Source: Candidatus Omnitrophota bacterium
Lineage (GTDB): Bacteria; Omnitrophota; Gorgyraeia; Zapsychrales; Zapsychraceae
Assembly: GCA_020429915.1 (NCBI GenBank)
Contig: JAGQKV010000002.1
Span: forward strand, 405,874-469,873
Direction: 5' to 3'
DNA length: 64,000 nt
Shown: positions 62,867 through 64,000 of the stretch, piece after piece
Numbering within the stretch: the first letter of the stretch is position 1
Layout: every line of letters starts with the position of its first letter
Position numbers and translations under genes: made by a program
Notes under the pieces: model-generated
What the model was told of the DNA's origin: nothing
Databases searched by the model: none
Seen by the model: only the letters and a program-made list of their open reading frames with translations

Positions 62867-63910
62867 TCAGGGAGTTTCGACCGCAGCAGGCACAGCGTTG
62901 TTGAGGACCAAATCCGTCAGACAATCGACCCACAGGGGATGGTCGTTCAGACTATTGGCCAAGTCGAGCCACTCCCCACCCTGCGCCACAAATTGCTCAT
63001 AGTAGGTTTCGCCGATCTCCACCGTGGTCTCCAGACAGTCCGCCACGAACGAAGGCGAAAAGGCCAGAATGCGTTTGACCCCTTGAGCGGCCAGCTCGTC
63101 GATGACTTTATCGGTATAGGGTTTGATCCACGGATCGCGGCCCAAGCGGGATTGAAAACTGACCGTGTAGCGGCCCTCCTCAATCCCCAGCCGCTGCACC
63201 AGCAACCGTGTGGTTTCGTAGCACTGCGCCCGGTAACAATACCGGTTGCGATCGTGCAGGACCGAGCAGCATTTGGCGCTCAGCTGACAGTACCCCGTGG
63301 AACTCTTGCGGATTTGCCGTTCGGGCAGGCCGTGATAGGTAAACAGGTAATGATCGTAATCTTTTTTGGCGATATAATTTCGACCGATTTCGGCGAACGC
63401 CTCCAGAAAAAGCGGATGATCAAAAAACTGACTGACGACCTCCAGGCGCGGAAAGGTCTCCATCCGGCGCAATTCATCTAGGACCTTCTCAATCGACGAA
63501 CCAGTGGAGGCCGAGGCGTACTGCGGATACAGCGGAACGACAACCAGCTTTTTCAAGCTGCGCAGAGCAAATTTGTCCAGCGCCTCGCGGATCGAAGGAT
63601 TCTGATAACGCATCCCCAGCTCCACCTGGTATTCCTCACCAAGTGCGGCCTGCAGCATTTCGCGTATTTTCACACCATAGATCAACAACGGCGAGCCGCT
63701 CTCGGTCCACAATTTTTGATATTCGGCCGCCGATTTGGGAGCCCGAAAAGGCGCGATGATCCCCTGGACCAGTAAAAACCGTTGCCAGGCCGGGATATCG
63801 ATGACGCGTCCGTCCATCAGGAATTCGCGTAAATAGCGGCGGACATCCGGCACCTGCGGGCTGTCGGGTGTCCCCAGATTAACCAACAATACTCCAGTGT
63901 GAGGACTCAT
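62867..63910 (-). CDS. hemH: ferrochelatase
   Basis: 347 aa; LLVNLGTPDSP N-terminus and conserved His/Glu core. Confidence 0.9.
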   Translation of the reverse strand: MSPHTGVLLVNLGTPDSPQVPDVRRYLREFLMDGRVIDIPAWQRFLLVQGIIAPFRAPKSAAEYQKLWTESGSPLLIYGVKIREMLQAALGEEYQVELGMRYQNPSIREALDKFALRSLKKLVVVPLYPQYASASTGSSIEKVLDELRRMETFPRLEVVSQFFDHPLFLEAFAEIGRNYIAKKDYDHYLFTYHGLPERQIRKSSTGYCQLSAKCCSVLHDRNRYCYRAQCYETTRLLVQRLGIEEGRYTVSFQSRLGRDPWIKPYTDKVIDELAAQGVKRILAFSPSFVADCLETTVEIGETYYEQFVAQGGEWLDLANSLNDHPLWVDCLTDLVLNNAVPAAVETP

Positions 63911-63911
63911 G

Positions 63912-64000
63912 TCACTTTCTCAATTTGGTTATGAATTCAGCGATTTCGAGGACCAGCCGGCGCGAGTCCTCCCAACCCAGGCACGGATCGGTGATGGACT
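63912..64000 (-). CDS. 3' fragment of upstream gene (possibly another heme biosynthesis gene such as hemE)
   Basis: C-terminal peptide SITDPCLGWEDSRRLVLEIAEFITKLRK*; truncated by window edge. Confidence 0.2.
   Translation of the reverse strand, partial: SITDPCLGWEDSRRLVLEIAEFITKLRK

Overview
This is a high-GC (~58-60%) bacterial chromosomal window with no rRNA, tRNA, CRISPR or mobile-element signal. It is almost entirely coding and dominated by aerobic/menaquinone-based respiration genes. All identifications rest on motifs and family resemblance read directly from the ORF translations; no searches were run.

Gene content in order:
- 1-8.2 kb: a complete classical menaquinone operon on the minus strand (menG/ubiE, menF, menD, menB, menA, menC, menE), facing a convergent hotdog thioesterase fragment.
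- 8.3-13.3 kb: trxB, a two-subunit 2-oxoacid:ferredoxin oxidoreductase (korAB) and a BioB-like radical-SAM gene.
- 13.4-15.3 kb: a lone plus-strand 608-aa protein of unknown function with a clean sigma70-like promoter.
- 15.3-30.1 kb: thiC, an IscA-like gene, redoxin, DUF4019-like gene, MBL hydrolase, MFS transporter, SDR, aroC, ilvD, leuDC, a secreted hypothetical and acnA.
- 30-60 kb: a respiratory supercluster.
  - (i) A B12-binding radical-SAM gene with two ferredoxins and four translationally coupled small membrane-protein genes; two of these are under 60 aa and absent from the ORF track.
  - (ii) A heme-copper oxidase cluster in the order coxA-coxC-coxD-2 small ORFs-coxB, with ctaA, ctaB, SCO1-like and DUF420/CtaM-like genes. 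CoxB has a CuA site but no cytochrome c domain, and a secreted beta-sandwich protein with an amicyanin-like C-x2-H-x2-M motif lies directly upstream of coxA.
  - (iii) An ECF sigma / anti-sigma-vWA pair with an intrinsic terminator.
  - (iv) An unusual seven-gene Rieske/cytochrome b operon.
  - (v) The F1Fo ATP synthase operon (atpZ-I-B-E-F-H-A-G-D-C).
- 59.5-64 kb: a regulatory-domain-fused APC permease, hemA, hemH and a 3' fragment of another gene.

The best candidate for an undescribed system is the seven-gene Rieske/cytochrome b operon: a HEAT-repeat membrane protein, a Rieske protein with a ~70-aa N-terminal extension before its Tat motif, a split cytochrome b with an enlarged subunit-IV half, a 978-aa octaheme c-type cytochrome with an N-terminal TM helix and coiled coil, a 7-TM membrane protein and a Cys-rich zinc-ribbon membrane protein.
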